A stretch of DNA of 64,000 nt from Escherichia phage 232Ecol030PP, in sequence record PP355090.1; one strand, 5' to 3'. The translations under genes were made by a program, and so were the position numbers. Under the pieces are notes generated by a model. The model was not told where the DNA came from, searched no databases, and saw nothing but the letters and a program-made list of their open reading frames with translations. Below are positions 48,570-64,000 of the stretch, one piece after another; the stretch's first letter is position 1, and each line of letters starts with the position of its first letter.

Positions 48570-51500
48570 CAGTAAAAGCACCTTCAGTCACTAGTCTCAG
48601 AATTTCCAAGTTATCCGCAAATCAGGTGCAAGTACGCTGGGATGACGTTGGTGCTAATTTCTACTATTTTGTAGAAATCGCTGAGACAAAAACGAACTCG
48701 GGGGAAAATCTCCCGAGTAATCAATACAGATGGATTAACTTAGGATATACTGCAAATAACAGCTTCTTTTTTGATGATGCTGACCCATTGACATCATACA
48801 TTATCAGAGTAGCTACAGCTGCGCAAGATTTTGAGCAGTCTGATTGGATTTATACCGAAGAGTTTGAAACTTTTGCTACAAATGCTTATACATTTCAAAA
48901 CATGATTGAAATGCAATTAGCCAATAAATTCATTCAGGAAAAATTTACTCTTAATAATTCTGATTATGTTAATTTTAACAATGACACTATAATGGCTGCA
49001 TTGATGAATGAATCATTTCAATTCAGCCCATCGTATGTTGATGTTTCATCAATAAGTAATTTTATTATTGGTGAAAATGAGTATCATGAAATACAAGGTT
49101 CTATTCAGCAAGTATGTAAGGATATTAACCGAGTTTATTTGATGGAATCAGAAGGAATTCTATATCTTTTTGAGCGCTATCAACCTGTAGTTAAAGTATC
49201 CAATGATAAAGGACAAACCTGGAAAGCCGTAAAGCTCTTCAATGACCGTGTAGGATATCCTTTATCTAAGACAGTATATTACCAATCTGCGAACACAACA
49301 TACGTTCTAGGATACGACAAGATTTTCTATGGCCGTAAATCGACTGACGTTAGATGGTCAGCAGATGATGTCAGATTCAGTTCGCAGGATATAACATTTG
49401 CTAAACTTGGCGACCAGTTACATTTAGGATTTGATGTAGAAATCTTTGGTACTTATGCGACTTTACCAGCGAATGTATATCGTATAGCTGAAGCCATTAC
49501 TTGTACGGATGATTATATCTATGTTGTTGCCAGAGATAAAGTTAGATATATAAAAACGAGCAATGCACCTATAGATTCTGATCCATTATCTCCAACATAT
49601 TCGGAAAGGCTATTTGAATCTGATACAATGACTATAACTGGAAATCCTAAAGCAGTATGCTATAAAATGGATTCTATTGGTGATAAAGTTTTTGCTCTTA
49701 TTATCGGTGAAGTTGAAACATTAAATGCTAATCCTAGAACGTCAAAAATAATTGATTCTACTGATAAAGGAATATATGTTTTAAATCATGACACAAAAAC
49801 GTGGAAAAGAGTTTTTGGCAACACTGAAGAAGAAAGAAGACGTATTCAACCTGGGTATGCGAATATGTCAACTGATGGTAAATTAGTTTCTCTATCTTCG
49901 AGTAATTTTAAATTTTTAAATGATAACGTTGTTAATGACCCTGAAACTGTAGCAAAATATCAGTTAATCGGTGCCGTTAAATATGAATTTCCTCGTGAAT
50001 GGTTAGCTGATAAGCATTATCATATGATGGCATTTATAGCAGATGAAAAGTCTGATTGGGAAACTTTTACGCCTCAGCCAATGAAATACTACGCAGAACC
50101 GTTCTTTAATTGGTCTAAAAAATCTAACACACGCTGTTGGATAAACAACTCTAATAGAACTGTAGTAGTTTATGCTGATTTAAAATACACTAAAGTTATA
50201 GAAAATATTCCGGAAACATCACCAGATAGATTAGTTCATGAATACTGGGATGATGGTGATTGTACGATAGTAATGCCAAATGTTAAATTCACGGGATTTA
50301 AAAAATATGCGTCTGGGATGCTTTTTTATAAATCTTCTGGTGAAATAATTTCTTATTATGATTTTAACTATCGTGTGAGAGATACAGTAGAAATTATTTG
50401 GAAGCCGACTGGAGTATTTTTAAAAGCATTTTTACAAAACCAAGAGCATGAGACTCCTTGGTCGCCAGAAGAAGAGCATGGATTAGCTGACCCTGATTTA
50501 AGACCATTAATTGGCACAATGATGCCTGATTCTTATTTGTTGCAGGATTCGAATTTTGAGGCATTTTGTGAAGCATATATTCAATATCTTTCTGACGGAT
50601 ACGGAACTCAGTATAATAATTTACGAAATTTAATTCGTAATCAGTATCCACGAGAAGAGCATGCGTGGGAATATTTGTGGTCAGAGATATATAAAAGAAA
50701 CATTTATTTAAATGCTGACAAACGTGATGCTGTTGCAAGATTTTTTGAATCACGTAGTTATGATTTTTATTCTACTAAAGGAATTGAAGCATCATACAAA
50801 TTTCTTTTTAAAGTTCTTTATAATGAAGAAGTTGAAATTGAAATTGAATCTGGAGCTGGTACTGAATATGATATAATCGTTCAATCTGATTCTTTGACTG
50901 AGGATTTAGTAGGACAAACGATTTATACAGCTACAGGAAGATGTAATGTTACTTATATAGAAAGAAGTTATTCTAATGGTAAATTGCAATGGACCGTGAC
51001 TATACATAATCTTTTGGGGCGTTTAATAGCAGGGCAAGAAGTTAAAGCAGAAAGACTTCCTAGTTTTGAAGGCGAAATTATTCGTGGGGTTAAAGGAAAG
51101 GATTTGCTTCAAAATAATATAGACTATATTAATAGAAGTCGATCATATTATGTAATGAAAATTAAATCCAATTTACCTTCTTCTCGTTGGAAATCTGACG
51201 TTATTCGTTTTGTTCATCCAGTAGGATTTGGATTTATAGCAATCACGCTTTTAACTATGTTTATTAATGTCGGTTTAACTCTTAAACACACAGAGACAAT
51301 AATTAATAAATATAAAAACTACAAATGGGATTCTGGATTGCCTACTGAATATGCTGATAGAGTAGCTAAATTAACTCCAACTGGTGAAATTGAACATGAT
51401 TCAGTAACAGGAGAAGCAATTTATGAACCTGGCCCAATGGCTGGTGTAAAATATCCTCTTCCTGATGACTATAATGCTGAAAATAATAATTCAATATTTC

Positions 51501-51664
51501 AAGGTCAATTGCCTTCTGAACGACGCAAGTTAATGAGTCCTCTATTTGACGCATCTGGAACAACATTTGCACAGTTTAGGGATTTAGTTAATAAACGTCT
51601 AAAAGATAATATAGGAAATCCAAGAGACCCTGAAAATCCAACACAGGTTAAAATAGATGAATGA
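48566..51664 (+). CDS. 7: baseplate wedge initiator gp7
   Basis: 1032 aa, T4 gp7 length and order. Confidence 0.88.
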   Translation: MTVKAPSVTSLRISKLSANQVQVRWDDVGANFYYFVEIAETKTNSGENLPSNQYRWINLGYTANNSFFFDDADPLTSYIIRVATAAQDFEQSDWIYTEEFETFATNAYTFQNMIEMQLANKFIQEKFTLNNSDYVNFNNDTIMAALMNESFQFSPSYVDVSSISNFIIGENEYHEIQGSIQQVCKDINRVYLMESEGILYLFERYQPVVKVSNDKGQTWKAVKLFNDRVGYPLSKTVYYQSANTTYVLGYDKIFYGRKSTDVRWSADDVRFSSQDITFAKLGDQLHLGFDVEIFGTYATLPANVYRIAEAITCTDDYIYVVARDKVRYIKTSNAPIDSDPLSPTYSERLFESDTMTITGNPKAVCYKMDSIGDKVFALIIGEVETLNANPRTSKIIDSTDKGIYVLNHDTKTWKRVFGNTEEERRRIQPGYANMSTDGKLVSLSSSNFKFLNDNVVNDPETVAKYQLIGAVKYEFPREWLADKHYHMMAFIADEKSDWETFTPQPMKYYAEPFFNWSKKSNTRCWINNSNRTVVVYADLKYTKVIENIPETSPDRLVHEYWDDGDCTIVMPNVKFTGFKKYASGMLFYKSSGEIISYYDFNYRVRDTVEIIWKPTGVFLKAFLQNQEHETPWSPEEEHGLADPDLRPLIGTMMPDSYLLQDSNFEAFCEAYIQYLSDGYGTQYNNLRNLIRNQYPREEHAWEYLWSEIYKRNIYLNADKRDAVARFFESRSYDFYSTKGIEASYKFLFKVLYNEEVEIEIESGAGTEYDIIVQSDSLTEDLVGQTIYTATGRCNVTYIERSYSNGKLQWTVTIHNLLGRLIAGQEVKAERLPSFEGEIIRGVKGKDLLQNNIDYINRSRSYYVMKIKSNLPSSRWKSDVIRFVHPVGFGFIAITLLTMFINVGLTLKHTETIINKYKNYKWDSGLPTEYADRVAKLTPTGEIEHDSVTGEAIYEPGPMAGVKYPLPDDYNAENNNSIFQGQLPSERRKLMSPLFDASGTTFAQFRDLVNKRLKDNIGNPRDPENPTQVKIDE

Positions 51665-52661
51665 TTCAAGTGTTATCTATCGTGCGATAGTTACTTCAAA
51701 ATTTAGAACAGAAAAAATGTTGAATTTTTATAATTCAATTGGGAGTGGTCCGGATAAAAACACTATCTTTATCACATTTGGAAGATCAGAACCGTGGTCA
51801 TCAAATGAAAATGAGGTGGGCTTTGCCCCACCTTATCCAACCGATTCTGTATTAGGCGTAACTGACATGTGGACGCATATGATGGGAACAGTAAAAGTTC
51901 TTCCATCAATGCTTGATGCTGTTATTCCTCGCAGAGATTGGGGAGATACTAGATATCCGGATCCATACACATTTAGAATTAACGATATTGTAGTGTGTAA
52001 CTCAGCTCCTTACAACGCTACTGAATCAGGCGCAGGCTGGTTAGTATATCGTTGTTTAGATGTTCCTGATACCGGAATGTGTTCAATAGCATCTTTAACT
52101 AATAAGGATGAATGCCTCAAATTAGGCGGAAAATGGACTCCTTCTGTTAGGTCAATGACTCCTCCTGAAGGTCGAGGAGATGCGGAAGGAACAATCGAAC
52201 CTGGAGACGGATATGTTTGGGAATATCTTTTTGAGATTCCGCCCGATGTATCTATAAATAGATGCACAAATGAATATATCGTAGTTCCTTGGCCTGAGGA
52301 ATTAAAAGAAGACCCAACTAGATGGGGGTATGAAGATAATCTCACTTGGCAGCAAGATGATTTTGGGTTAATTTATCGTGTTAAAGCTAATACAATTCGT
52401 TTTAAAGCATATTTAGATTCAGTTTATTTTCCTGAAGCTGCATTGCCGGGAAATAAAGGATTTAGACAAATATCAATAATCACGAATCCTCTTGAAGCTA
52501 AAGTTCATCCAAATGATCCAAACGTTAAAGCTGAAAAGGATTATTATGATCCAGAAGATTTAATGAGGCATTCGGGCGAAATGATTTATATGGAAAATAG
52601 GCCACCTATTATCATGGCAATGGATCAGACAGAAGAAATCAATATTCTGTTTACATTTTAA
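51657..52661 (+). CDS. 8: baseplate wedge protein gp8
   Basis: 334 aa, T4 gp8 length and order; terminator hairpin follows. Confidence 0.88.
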   Translation: MNDSSVIYRAIVTSKFRTEKMLNFYNSIGSGPDKNTIFITFGRSEPWSSNENEVGFAPPYPTDSVLGVTDMWTHMMGTVKVLPSMLDAVIPRRDWGDTRYPDPYTFRINDIVVCNSAPYNATESGAGWLVYRCLDVPDTGMCSIASLTNKDECLKLGGKWTPSVRSMTPPEGRGDAEGTIEPGDGYVWEYLFEIPPDVSINRCTNEYIVVPWPEELKEDPTRWGYEDNLTWQQDDFGLIYRVKANTIRFKAYLDSVYFPEAALPGNKGFRQISIITNPLEAKVHPNDPNVKAEKDYYDPEDLMRHSGEMIYMENRPPIIMAMDQTEEINILFTF

Positions 52662-52666
52662 ATTAA

Positions 52667-52690
52667 GGGAGCCCATGGGCTCCCTTTTTC
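52667..52690 (+). terminator. intrinsic terminator after gene 8 (copy 1)
   Basis: Palindrome gggagcccatgggctccc followed by ttttt. Confidence 0.6.
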
Positions 52691-52692
52691 TT

Positions 52693-52700
52693 TATAAATA
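52693..52700 (+). promoter_or_regulatory. late promoter TATAAATA (copy 1)
   Basis: Exact TATAAATA. Confidence 0.55.
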
Positions 52701-52807
52701 CTATAAACTCATAAGGAAACCGCTATGTTCATTCAAGAACCAAAGAAATTGATTGATACAATGGATCAGACAGAAGAAATCAATATTCTGTTTACATTTT
52801 AAATTAA

Positions 52808-52831
52808 GGGAGCCCATGGGCTCCCTTTTTC
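52808..52831 (+). terminator. intrinsic terminator (duplicated copy 2)
   Basis: Identical hairpin plus T-run in second repeat unit. Confidence 0.55.
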
Positions 52832-52833
52832 TT

Positions 52834-52841
52834 TATAAATA
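52834..52841 (+). promoter_or_regulatory. late promoter TATAAATA for gene 9 (copy 2)
   Basis: Exact TATAAATA 25 nt upstream of gp9 ATG at 52866. Confidence 0.6.
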
Positions 52842-52865
52842 CTATAAACTCATAAGGAAACCGCT

Positions 52866-53732
52866 ATGTTCATTCAAGAACCAAAGAAATTGATTGATAC
52901 CGGCGAAATTGGTAACGCTTCTACTGGTGATATCTTATTCGACGGTGGTAATAAAATTAATAGTGATTTTAACGCAATTTATAATGCGTTTGGCGATCAG
53001 CGTAAAATGGCAGTAGCAAATGGCACTGGAGCAGATGGTCAAATTATCCATGCTACTGGATATTATCAAAAGCACTCTATCGCGGAGTACGCAACTCCAG
53101 TGAAAGTTGGCACTAGACATGATATTGATACCTCTACTGTAGGTGTTAAAGTTATTATTGAAAGAGGAGAACTTGGCGATTGTGTTGAATTCATTAACTC
53201 TAATGGATCAATATCAGTTACTAATCCTTTAACGATTCAGGCTATTGATTCAATTAAAGGCGTTTCAGGTAATTTAGTAGTAACTAGTCCATATAGTAAA
53301 GTTACTTTACGTTGTATTTCATCTGATAATTCTACGTCGGTTTGGAATTATTCTATTGAAAGTATGTTTGGTCAAAAGGAATCACCTGCTGAAGGTACAT
53401 GGAATATTTCTACATCTGGGTCAGTTGACATTCCATTGTTTCATCGTACTGAATATAACATGGCTAAATTGTTAGTTACATGCCAATCAGTAGATGGAAG
53501 AAAAATTAAAACGGCAGAAATAAATATTCTTGTAGATACTGTTAATTCAGCGGTCATTTCTTCTGAATATGCTGTCATGCGGGTTGGAAATGAAACAGAA
53601 GAAGACGAAATCGCTAATATTGCATTTAGTATTAAAGAAAATTATGTAACGGCAACTATAAGTTCTTCAACTGTCGGTATGAGAGCAGCAGTTAAAGTTA
53701 TCGCTACGCAGAAAATCGGGGTGGCTCAATAA
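52866..53732 (+). CDS. 9: baseplate wedge tail fiber connector gp9
   Basis: 288 aa, T4 gp9 length and order. Confidence 0.88.
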   Translation: MFIQEPKKLIDTGEIGNASTGDILFDGGNKINSDFNAIYNAFGDQRKMAVANGTGADGQIIHATGYYQKHSIAEYATPVKVGTRHDIDTSTVGVKVIIERGELGDCVEFINSNGSISVTNPLTIQAIDSIKGVSGNLVVTSPYSKVTLRCISSDNSTSVWNYSIESMFGQKESPAEGTWNISTSGSVDIPLFHRTEYNMAKLLVTCQSVDGRKIKTAEINILVDTVNSAVISSEYAVMRVGNETEEDEIANIAFSIKENYVTATISSSTVGMRAAVKVIATQKIGVAQ

Positions 53733-55537
53733 TGAAACAAAATATTAATATCGGTAATGTTGTTGATGATGGTACCGGTGACTACCTGCGTAAAGGTGGT
53801 ATAAAAATAAATGAAAACTTTGATGAACTTTATTATGAACTTGGCGATGGAGATGTTCCATATTCAGCCGGTGCCTGGAAAACTTATAATGCTTCATCCG
53901 GTCAAACATTAAAAGCTAAGTGGGGAAAATCATACGCTATTAATACCTCTTCTGGAAGAGTAACTTTACAACTTCCTAAAGGAACTGTTAATGATTATAA
54001 TAAAGTAATTAGAGCTAGGGATGTATTTGCAACATGGAACATTAATCCAGTTACTTTAGTAGCTGCTTCTGGGGATACAATTAAAGGGTCGTCATCGTCA
54101 GTTGAAATTAATATTCAATTTAGTGATTTAGAGCTCGTTTATTGTGCTCCAGGACGTTGGGAATATGTCAAAAACAAACAAATTGACAAAATTATTAGTT
54201 CAGATATTAGTAATGTAGCACGTAAAGAATTTTTAGTCGAAGTTCAAGGACAAACAGACTTTTTAGATGTTTTCCATGGAACTAGTTATAATGTCAATAA
54301 CATCAGAGTAAAACATCGTGGTAACGAATTGTATTACGGTGATGTATTTAGCGAAAACAGTGACTTTGGCTCTCCGGGCGAAAATGAAGGCGAATTAGTT
54401 CCTCTTGATGGATTTAATATTCGATTAAGACAGCCTTGTAATATTGGTGACACCGTTCAAATTGAAACATTTATGGATGGTGTATCACAATGGAGAAGTT
54501 CATATACAAGACGCCAAATAAAAGTATTAGATTCAAAATTAACGTCAAAAACTTCTTTAGAAGGAAGTATTTACGTTACTGATTTATCAACAATGAAATC
54601 AATTCCATTCTCTGCATTTGGATTAATTCCTGGAGAACCTATTAATCCTAATTCTCTTGAAGTTCGTTTTAATGGAATTTTACAACAACAAGCTGGAACA
54701 GCAGGATATCCTCTGTTTTTGTGTGAAGGTGCTAACTCAGATACGCAAGCAGGATGTATATCTCTTGGTGGTGAATGGAAAGAATCTAACACAGATTATT
54801 CTATAGAATATGAAGATGGAAAACCTGTCAGTCTTTTATTTGATAGAAAATTTGAATCAGGTGATATAATCGTTATAACATGGTTTAATAATGATTTAGG
54901 AACTCTTTTAGAAAAAGATGACATTATTGAATTAACTGATGACCGTTATGTTAGTAAAGGATCATCTACCGAAGTTACTGGGGATGTAGCCTTAACAGAT
55001 TTTGATAAAATCGGTTGGCCAAATGTTGAAAAAGTTGATTCTTATACTAGAACGTATAATTCAATATCATCTATTTTCGATAGCATTTATCCCGTAGGTT
55101 CAATTTATGAAAATGCTATAAACCCAAATAATCCGGTGACTTATATGGGGTTTGGTTCGTGGAAATTATTTGGTAAAGGACAAGTTTTAGTAGGATGGAA
55201 TGATGATGTTACGGATCCAAACTTTGCTTTAAACAATAATGATTTAGATTCTAGCGGAAATCCTTCACATACTGCCGGTGGAACAGTTGGAACAACATCG
55301 GTGACACTTGAGAACGCAAATCTTCCTGCGACTAAAACTGATGAAAAAGTTTTAATTGAAGATGAAAACGGATCAGTTATTATTGGAGGTTGTCAATATG
55401 ACCCAGACGAAACTGGTCCTATATATACAAAATATCGTGAAGACTACGCAACAACAAACTCTTCACATACTCCTCCTACTAATATTAGTAATATTCAACC
55501 GTCTATTACTGTATACCGTTGGATAAGGATTGCATAA
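53732..55537 (+). CDS. 10: baseplate wedge subunit and tail pin gp10
   Basis: 601 aa, start overlaps gp9 stop (TAATG). Confidence 0.88.
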   Translation: MKQNINIGNVVDDGTGDYLRKGGIKINENFDELYYELGDGDVPYSAGAWKTYNASSGQTLKAKWGKSYAINTSSGRVTLQLPKGTVNDYNKVIRARDVFATWNINPVTLVAASGDTIKGSSSSVEINIQFSDLELVYCAPGRWEYVKNKQIDKIISSDISNVARKEFLVEVQGQTDFLDVFHGTSYNVNNIRVKHRGNELYYGDVFSENSDFGSPGENEGELVPLDGFNIRLRQPCNIGDTVQIETFMDGVSQWRSSYTRRQIKVLDSKLTSKTSLEGSIYVTDLSTMKSIPFSAFGLIPGEPINPNSLEVRFNGILQQQAGTAGYPLFLCEGANSDTQAGCISLGGEWKESNTDYSIEYEDGKPVSLLFDRKFESGDIIVITWFNNDLGTLLEKDDIIELTDDRYVSKGSSTEVTGDVALTDFDKIGWPNVEKVDSYTRTYNSISSIFDSIYPVGSIYENAINPNNPVTYMGFGSWKLFGKGQVLVGWNDDVTDPNFALNNNDLDSSGNPSHTAGGTVGTTSVTLENANLPATKTDEKVLIEDENGSVIIGGCQYDPDETGPIYTKYREDYATTNSSHTPPTNISNIQPSITVYRWIRIA

Positions 55538-56196
55538 TGAGTTTACTTAATAATAAAGCGGGAGTTATTTCCCGCTTAGCAGATTTTCTTGGTTTTAGAA
55601 CTAAGAAAAATGATATTTCGGTTATGAATAATCAGCCAGTAGGCGCTGTAACAATTTCACAAATAGCAAAAGGTTTTTATGACCCGAATGTAGAATCTGC
55701 TATCAATGATGTTAGAAATATGGCAGAGCAACCGGTTGGAGCTGTATTAGTTAATATAAGCGGCGTATCTCCTACTGGCGTGCAACAAACCGACTATTGG
55801 TCATTTGAAGGAACTGTTACTGATACTTCAGTCAAATCAGGTGACCCAGTTATTGTTAACATGTTTGGTATTCCAGTTAAAGCTACTAATGGAATGACTT
55901 CAATTGAATTTACTAGTGCCGTTAGAATAGCTCTACAGGAAATGGTTGTAAAATTTATTGCAATTGATTCATTTGAAGACCATCCTACCATAGGAAATAA
56001 AATACAAGTTAAGTATTTAGATAACCAAGAACATATCTTAGAACAATACTCTGATAAAGGAATTACTTTCAAACAGGAAATAATTTCTCCTTCTAAACCT
56101 GGGTATGGAACTTGGCAATTATTAGGTGCGCAAACTGTTACGCTAGATAGTCACACACAACCTACAGTATTTTATTATTTTGAGAGAGTAGCATGA
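55537..56196 (+). CDS. 11: baseplate wedge subunit and tail pin gp11
   Basis: ATG at 55537 overlapping gp10 stop gives 219 aa (T4 gp11 length). Confidence 0.82.
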   Translation: MSLLNNKAGVISRLADFLGFRTKKNDISVMNNQPVGAVTISQIAKGFYDPNVESAINDVRNMAEQPVGAVLVNISGVSPTGVQQTDYWSFEGTVTDTSVKSGDPVIVNMFGIPVKATNGMTSIEFTSAVRIALQEMVVKFIAIDSFEDHPTIGNKIQVKYLDNQEHILEQYSDKGITFKQEIISPSKPGYGTWQLLGAQTVTLDSHTQPTVFYYFERVA

Positions 56197-57743
56197 GTAA
56201 CAATACATATCAGCACGTATCAAATGAATCAAAATATGTTAAATTCGATCCTACTGGATCGAATTTTCCTGGCACTGTTACGACAGTACAGTCTGCATTA
56301 TCAAAAATAAGTAATATCGGCGTAAATGGTATTCCTGATGCAACTATGGAAGTTAAAGGAATAGCAATGATTGCGTCAGAGCAAGAGGTTTTAGATGGAA
56401 CTAATAATTCTAAAATCGTTACACCAGCTACATTAGCAACAAGATTATTGTATCCAAATGCTACTGAAACTAAATATGGTTTAACGCGTTATTCAACAAA
56501 TGAAGAAACATTAAAAGGCTCAGATAATAATTCATCAATAACACCACAAAAACTGAAATACCACACTGACGATGTGTTCAAAAATAGATATTCGTCTGAG
56601 TCATCAAACGGGGTTATTAAAATATCATCTACACCTGCAGCTTTGGCTGGAGTTGATGATACTACTGCGATGACTCCGCTAAAAACCCAAAAACTTGCAA
56701 TAAAATTAATTTCGCAAATAGCTCCTTCAGAAGACACTGCAACAGAATCGGTGAGAGGAGTAGTTCAATTATCTACTGTTGCACAAATTCGTCAAGGAAC
56801 TCTCCGCGAAGGATATGCAATTTCCCCGTATACCTTTATGAATTCTGTTGCAACACATGAATATAAGGGTGTTATACGCCTAGGAACGCAGACTGAAATT
56901 AATAATAATTTGGGTGGTGTTGCAGTAACAGGTGAAACACTAAATGGTCGAGGAGCTACCGGTTCTATGCGTGGAGTAGTTAAATTAACGACGCAAGCCG
57001 GTATTGCCCCTGAAGGTGATAGCTCTGGAGCATTAGCATGGAACGCAGATGTAATTAATACTCGTGGTGGACAAACTATTAATGGTTCTTTAAATTTAGA
57101 CCATCTTACAGCAAATGGAATTTGGTCACGCGGTGGAATGTGGAAAAATGGCGATCAACCTGTTGCCACTGAAAGATATGCGTCCGAACGAGTTCCGGTT
57201 GGAACTATTATGATGTTTGCGGGTGATTCAGCACCTCCAGGTTGGATTATGTGTCATGGTGGAACCGTGTCAGGTGACCAATTTCCTGATTATAGAAACG
57301 TAGTTGGAACAAGATTTGGTGGCGATTGGAATAATCCTGGCGTTCCTGATATGCGGGGTCTTTTCGTCAGAGGAGCCGGCACAGGCGGTCATATTTTAAA
57401 TCAACGTGGACAAGATGGCTATGGAAAGGATAGACTGGGCGTAGGATGTGACGGAATGCATGTTGGTGGTGTTCAGGCACAACAAATGTCATACCATAAA
57501 CATGCTGGTGGTTGGGGTGAATATAACAGAAGTGAAGGCCCATTTGGCGCGTCAGTTTATCAAGGATATCTTGGAACTAGAAAATATTCCGACTGGGATA
57601 ATGCTTCATACTTCACTAATGATGGATTTGAATTAGGTGGACCGAGAGATGCTCATGGTACACTTAATCGTGAAGGATTAATTGGTTATGAAACTAGACC
57701 ATGGAATATATCATTAAACTATATTATTAAAGTTCATTACTAA
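56193..57743 (+). CDS. 12: short tail fiber protein gp12
   Basis: 516 aa, repetitive Gly/Thr-rich fibre sequence; ATGA overlap with gp11. Confidence 0.88.
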   Translation: MSNNTYQHVSNESKYVKFDPTGSNFPGTVTTVQSALSKISNIGVNGIPDATMEVKGIAMIASEQEVLDGTNNSKIVTPATLATRLLYPNATETKYGLTRYSTNEETLKGSDNNSSITPQKLKYHTDDVFKNRYSSESSNGVIKISSTPAALAGVDDTTAMTPLKTQKLAIKLISQIAPSEDTATESVRGVVQLSTVAQIRQGTLREGYAISPYTFMNSVATHEYKGVIRLGTQTEINNNLGGVAVTGETLNGRGATGSMRGVVKLTTQAGIAPEGDSSGALAWNADVINTRGGQTINGSLNLDHLTANGIWSRGGMWKNGDQPVATERYASERVPVGTIMMFAGDSAPPGWIMCHGGTVSGDQFPDYRNVVGTRFGGDWNNPGVPDMRGLFVRGAGTGGHILNQRGQDGYGKDRLGVGCDGMHVGGVQAQQMSYHKHAGGWGEYNRSEGPFGASVYQGYLGTRKYSDWDNASYFTNDGFELGGPRDAHGTLNREGLIGYETRPWNISLNYIIKVHY

Positions 57744-57752
57744 GGATTACAA

Positions 57753-59210
57753 ATGATTGAATTAAAAGAGTTACCTTTTGTTGATAGCGTTCCTGACGAA
57801 GGTCAGGAACGTATTTCATGGATTAAAAATGGTGAAGAAATATTAGGAGCTAGTACTAAGTATGGAAATGATGGATCAATGAATAGACCAATTGTTTCCG
57901 TGTTTAAAAACGTCGAAGTTCTTGATGAAAATGTGGGAATTCTTAAAACTGCCATTGAAACATCACAGAAAGATATTAAAACAATTCAAGGAGTTTTAGA
58001 TGTATCAGGAGATATAGAAGCACTATCGCAGATCAGTGTTAATAAAAATGACATATCGAATTTAAAGACACTTACCAGTGAACACACTGATATATTAACT
58101 GGAACTAATAATACAGTTGACAAAATTATTGCTGATATAGGTCCATTTAATGATGAAGAAAACTCTGTTTATAGAACAATTAGAAATGATTTATTGTGGA
58201 TTAAACAGGAATTAGGACAATATTCTGGCCAAGACATTAACGGTCTTCCTGTTGTTGGTAATGCTAGCACAGGAATGAAACACAGAATAATAACAAATAG
58301 TACATTATTATCTTCACAGGGCATTCGTTTAAGCGAATTAGAAAATAAATTTACTGAATCTGACGTAGGATCATTAACTGTTGAAGTTGGTAAATTACGT
58401 GATGAACTTGGTAATAAACCAGTAGATTTTGGGCCAAATATTTATAATAGATTAAACACTATAGATGATAAACAAACTTTAATAAATTCTGATATAGCAG
58501 AAATTAAATCTTCTATTGGATACCCAGAAAATGTTTCTATAATAACAGAAATTAATAATAACAAAAGTAGCATTGAAGCTATTAATAATGAATTAAATCA
58601 GAGTGAAGGTGTTAAACAGCGCTTAACGGCTATTGAAACTTCTATAGGTTCAGATGATATTCCTTCTAGTATTAAAGGAAAAATTAAAAATCACACAACT
58701 TCTATTGAGTCTTTAAACGGAATTGTTGGTGAAAACACTTCGTCTGGTTTAAGAGCGAATGTTTCGTGGTTAAATCAAATTGTTGGAACTGACTCCAGCG
58801 GAGGACAACCGTCTCCTTCTGGATCTCTATTAAATAAAGTTTCAGTGCTTGAAGGAGAAGTTTCAGTTTTAAACAATAATGTTCAAAATATACAAGTTGA
58901 AATAGGAAATAATAGAACAGGAATTAAAGGTCAAGTTATTGAACTTACTTCACTTATAAATGGAAATAATCCTGACGGATCAACTGTTGAAGAACGAGGA
59001 TTAACTAATTCTGTAAAAACGAATGAAACCAACATTGCGGCAGTCACACATGAAGTAAATACAGCTAAAGACAATATATCCTCTTTACAGAGCAGCGTTC
59101 AAGCTCTACAAGAAGCAGGTTATATTCCTGAAGCTCCAAAAGATGGCCAAGCTTACGTTCGTAAAGACGGCGAATGGGTACTACTTTCTACCTTTTTATC
59201 ACCAGCATAA
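57753..59210 (+). CDS. wac: fibritin (neck whiskers) wac
   Basis: 485 aa, heptad coiled-coil repeats and C-terminal foldon-like [27 protein letters not shown]. Confidence 0.9.
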   Translation: MIELKELPFVDSVPDEGQERISWIKNGEEILGASTKYGNDGSMNRPIVSVFKNVEVLDENVGILKTAIETSQKDIKTIQGVLDVSGDIEALSQISVNKNDISNLKTLTSEHTDILTGTNNTVDKIIADIGPFNDEENSVYRTIRNDLLWIKQELGQYSGQDINGLPVVGNASTGMKHRIITNSTLLSSQGIRLSELENKFTESDVGSLTVEVGKLRDELGNKPVDFGPNIYNRLNTIDDKQTLINSDIAEIKSSIGYPENVSIITEINNNKSSIEAINNELNQSEGVKQRLTAIETSIGSDDIPSSIKGKIKNHTTSIESLNGIVGENTSSGLRANVSWLNQIVGTDSSGGQPSPSGSLLNKVSVLEGEVSVLNNNVQNIQVEIGNNRTGIKGQVIELTSLINGNNPDGSTVEERGLTNSVKTNETNIAAVTHEVNTAKDNISSLQSSVQALQEAGYIPEAPKDGQAYVRKDGEWVLLSTFLSPA

Positions 59211-59241
59211 CATGGGGCCGCAAGGCCCCAAAGGATTTTAA

Positions 59242-60943
<1,702 letters not shown>

Positions 60944-60984
60944 TAAATATTATAAACTAATTAAAGCCCAGATTAGGAGAAATC

Positions 60985-64000
<3,016 letters not shown>

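Larger units (their letters stand above)
52618..52900. repeat. perfect tandem duplication, two copies, period 141 bp, spanning gene 8 3' end, terminator, late promoter and gene 9 5' end
   Basis: 52618-52759 is identical to 52759-52900; creates a 25-codon chimeric ORF 52725-52802. Confidence 0.95.

Noticed and set aside
52618-52900. CRISPR array
   Set aside because: Only two repeat units, 141 bp long, containing coding sequence and a promoter; no spacer structure. The other repeats (13015-13270 and the 28-mer hairpins) are likewise not CRISPR-like.

Overview
This window is a T4-like (Tequatrovirus-type) myovirus genome segment running from the 3' part of gene 45 to the 5' two-thirds of gene 17. 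Positions 1-43406 are an almost gap-free minus-strand array of early/middle genes: gp46/gp47 recombination nuclease, alpha-glucosyltransferase, gp55 late sigma factor, anaerobic ribonucleotide reductase NrdD/NrdG, endonuclease VII, thioredoxin NrdC, rI, thymidine kinase, RegB, DenV, lysozyme e, NudE, a 10-tRNA cluster, internal-protein genes, 57B/57A, dNMP kinase gp1, and gp3/gp2/gp4. Positions 43454-64000 are the plus-strand late module: baseplate gp53, gp5 to gp12, fibritin wac, neck gp13/gp14, gp15, and terminase gp16/gp17. Product names rest on recognition of the translated ORFs from memory of T4 proteins plus motifs and gene order; no database search was run. The phage is clearly not reference T4. 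nrdD is one uninterrupted ORF, the tRNA array carries Tyr and Asn genes in addition to the eight T4 species, and no internal-protein genes lie between denV and e. The most unusual features are a perfect 141-bp tandem duplication across the gene 8/gene 9 junction and a partial duplication of the pin 3' end. Also notable are a host-identical GrcA-like glycyl-radical cofactor gene, a run of 3-4 apparently paralogous coiled-coil proteins, and early promoters embedded in palindromes that co-vary between copies. The supplied ORF track translates GTG/TTG starts as M, so several starts were moved to the first ATG with a Shine-Dalgarno sequence.
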